A stretch of 64,000 nt of DNA from Candidatus Heimdallarchaeota archaeon (GTDB lineage: Archaea > Asgardarchaeota > Heimdallarchaeia > Heimdallarchaeales > Heimdallarchaeaceae), in assembly GCA_016840095.1 (NCBI GenBank), contig JAEOSZ010000026.1:1-64000 (forward strand). The letters run 5' to 3'. This document shows, piece after piece, positions 61,569 to 64,000 of this stretch (its first letter is position 1; each line of letters starts with the position of its first letter). Made by a program: the position numbers and the translations under genes. A model generated the notes under the pieces. It was not told the origin of the DNA. It searched no databases and saw only the letters and a list, made by a program, of their open reading frames with translations.

Positions 61569-63038
61569 TTATTCTTTATCATAAATTCCTGTGTAAGGTG
61601 CTCTTTCTCCTTTCATATATCTCTCATGAGGATCCTTGATAAACAGGGTAATAATTATACCTAATGAGAAAAGTACCAGCAGACTAGCAAGAGCGACTCT
61701 CATTGGATTAGGTGGAACTAGTCCTTCAGCTAGAAAGATCACCAAGCCAAATAGGAGGGGAGATACTATTGCACTTACTCTCCCAGCTATTTTTTGAAAA
61801 CCACCATACTGTGCGAGTCGTGAAGGTGGAGCCAAAACCATAATAAATTGCCTTCCTACGATCCATATTCCTCCAAAACCTAAACCAATGAATATTGCAC
61901 CAAACCATATTATCCAGGCAGGAATTGTGATTGAACCAACTGTCCATCCTCCTAGAACAAATATAACTATTGCAATAAACCAAGATATACCAATCATAAG
62001 GAACAGTTTCTTAGGACCGTATTTGTTTATGAATTTTCCAATTATGATTCCAGATATTATTGAGAATACTATACCTCCTAGAATAACATATTCTACTATT
62101 CCTTCAAACATTGAACCGCCTACTGTTGAAATCACAGGTACCATATAGAGAATCGTCGTATTTGCTGCATCAGTTATGAAAAACCAAGCTAAAAAGAATA
62201 ACCAGGAATTTCTATCTAGAACAATTGCTTTCAAGGATGTCTTAAAATCACCCAATGAAGCTTTCCAATAATCTCCTGCAGTCATCTTTTCTGCAGGTGG
62301 ATTTTCTACTTCTTTGTGGAACAGATATGGAATGCTCATTAATATTATGATTATTGCAGATATTAAGAATAGCCATCTCAGACCACCAAAATTAATATCC
62401 CCTGGATTAATAACTACTTCACCTACTTGCCAAATTCCTGTGTCTACATGAGTTGCCTTTCCGAATAGAGAATCAAGACCTACAACAATACTTAGAACTA
62501 CTGCTATTATTGATCCAAGAGGTGCAAGAGCACCACCAAGGGCTTGAATAAATCCTCTATCTTCTGTTTCTGTGATGAAAGGAATTTGAGCGTCGTAAAA
62601 CATTCTTCCTGCTTGATAGCAGAAATTTGCAACAACGAATAGTATGCATGCCCACCAGAAGTTTTGCCAAATTGTAATCATTGCTGTTGTAGTTACCATT
62701 ATTCCAGCAACTATCAGTACAGCTGGTTTTCTTTTCCCAGCTCTATCCGAAATAGCACCAAGAATTGGTCCGAAAATAGCAATTAAGAGATTTGAACCAG
62801 CCATGAAAACTGACATTACAATAAAAACTGTTGAGAATTTCCATCCCATTTGAACACCTAAAAGTAACACAAATGGAGTAAATGCTAAGCTTATAACAGA
62901 TTGTGAGAAGAAGGTATCTGCTGCATCATAGCTGTACCACAGCCATGCATTTCTTCGATTTGATACTTTTGATTCTAATGAAATTTCTCTAGCATCATCT
63001 TTATCTAAAATTTCTTCTAATTTTGACATATTTTTCAC
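61569..63038 (-). CDS. MFS transporter (UMF1/Atg22-like)
   Basis: WYSYDAAD, GAISDRAGKRK, about 12 TM helices. Confidence 0.88.
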   Translation of the reverse strand: MKNMSKLEEILDKDDAREISLESKVSNRRNAWLWYSYDAADTFFSQSVISLAFTPFVLLLGVQMGWKFSTVFIVMSVFMAGSNLLIAIFGPILGAISDRAGKRKPAVLIVAGIMVTTTAMITIWQNFWWACILFVVANFCYQAGRMFYDAQIPFITETEDRGFIQALGGALAPLGSIIAVVLSIVVGLDSLFGKATHVDTGIWQVGEVVINPGDINFGGLRWLFLISAIIIILMSIPYLFHKEVENPPAEKMTAGDYWKASLGDFKTSLKAIVLDRNSWLFFLAWFFITDAANTTILYMVPVISTVGGSMFEGIVEYVILGGIVFSIISGIIIGKFINKYGPKKLFLMIGISWFIAIVIFVLGGWTVGSITIPAWIIWFGAIFIGLGFGGIWIVGRQFIMVLAPPSRLAQYGGFQKIAGRVSAIVSPLLFGLVIFLAEGLVPPNPMRVALASLLVLFSLGIIITLFIKDPHERYMKGERAPYTGIYDKE

Positions 63039-63137
63039 CTTAAATCGTTTCTTAAAGAGAATTTTGCTTAAAACTGTACTGGTTTATTTTAAAGATTCAC
63101 CTAAAAATCGAAAAAAGAAAAGGTTTTTCACTATTTT

Positions 63138-63998
63138 CTAACGAGGAATATTTACTTCAAATTCTCTTAGAGATGGAGGAACACTATCGATTTTTGTGAT
63201 TTTGCTGAATTCTAATCCAATTAAACCCATTAACCTTTCTCTTCTAGATTCATCTGTTTTCATGAAAATAAACCTTCCATTAGGCAATTCTGAAGCTATT
63301 TTTGGATATGTAATTTGATTATGAACTTTATCTTTAGTGCCATTTGTTACAAATATTTCCTTTGTTATTCCAGAAACATTACCAAAGAGTTCAAAATCAA
63401 TCACTGAATCTGCAACCCTCTTCCATTTCCAAAGTTCAGCATCAACCACAACATCTTCTGCTCTTCTTCTTTGGACTTCTTCATTCATACCTCTTAGTTG
63501 TAGTCTTTTAAGTATAGGTTTAATCATTTTAACTACAAATACAGGTAGTATAGGGGACACGTACCTTAGAAACCACTTTGGAAACCATAGTGTGTGCATA
63601 GGATCATGTGCAATTATTGTTGGAGCATCAATTACCTCTTCAACCAAACCTTGTAATATTATTGCACTTCCCCAGCAAGTTCCTTGAAGAACAAAGTCTT
63701 TTTTATCCAATTCAAAATAATTAATAACATCCTGGATATCCTTGGCTTTTTGATACATCCCCATTTTTGCTCTTTTTCTATCCAGTTTACTACTACTCTT
63801 CTCACGGGTTTCTACATAATAACACTCGACTTTATCATGGATAACTTCGTAGAAATCCACAAAACCAATTCCACTTGTTCCCCACCCTGGAATAAAAACT
63901 AAAGGTCGCTTTGAAACAGGATTTTGGGGTTTGATGTGATATACTTTAATTTCTCCATCATCAACCGGAACGTAAAAGCTCTCTGTTGTATCAATCTC
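63138..63998 (-). CDS. Alpha/beta-hydrolase fold protein (5' end beyond the window)
   Basis: Frame open to the window end; PLVFIPGWG and a GTCWG nucleophile elbow. Confidence 0.75.
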   Translation of the reverse strand, partial: EIDTTESFYVPVDDGEIKVYHIKPQNPVSKRPLVFIPGWGTSGIGFVDFYEVIHDKVECYYVETREKSSSKLDRKRAKMGMYQKAKDIQDVINYFELDKKDFVLQGTCWGSAIILQGLVEEVIDAPTIIAHDPMHTLWFPKWFLRYVSPILPVFVVKMIKPILKRLQLRGMNEEVQRRRAEDVVVDAELWKWKRVADSVIDFELFGNVSGITKEIFVTNGTKDKVHNQITYPKIASELPNGRFIFMKTDESRRERLMGLIGLEFSKITKIDSVPPSLREFEVNIPR

Positions 63999-64000
63999 CC

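Overview
This is a 64 kb, AT-rich archaeal chromosomal window. It is most likely from an Asgard archaeon of the Heimdallarchaeia type; this is inferred from archaeal information genes with eukaryote-like details, GGTGA-type ribosome-binding sites and bacterial-type folate enzymes, with no search run. Most of it is housekeeping: the 5' end of cdc6/orc1, RNA polymerase subunits (rpoD, split rpoA1/rpoA2, unsplit rpoB), fragments of ribosomal protein operons, three intron-less CCA-encoding tRNAs (Leu-GAG, Ala-CGC, Leu-CAG), ribosome biogenesis factors, one-carbon and sugar metabolism, and a divergent GcvP/SDR/AcoX operon. The most striking unannotated signal is a pair of tandem paralogous 22-23 aa ORFs (665-736 and 839-907; consensus M-x3-KYDPxxGDGDI[ML]PPAWxP). 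Seven of their 15 shared residues use different synonymous codons, and each is followed by a T-rich terminator. They sit directly before a 526 aa helical-repeat (TPR-like) gene, which suggests a candidate small-peptide/receptor module. Other notable observations are a twice-occurring 9-16-9 palindrome, a local strand-composition switch at about 28.9 kb, a multi-branched RNA structure between rpl30e and nusA, a Flp-like mini-pilin, a PAC3/PAC4-like chaperone and several probable pseudoenzymes. No CRISPR array, rRNA or transposase was seen.
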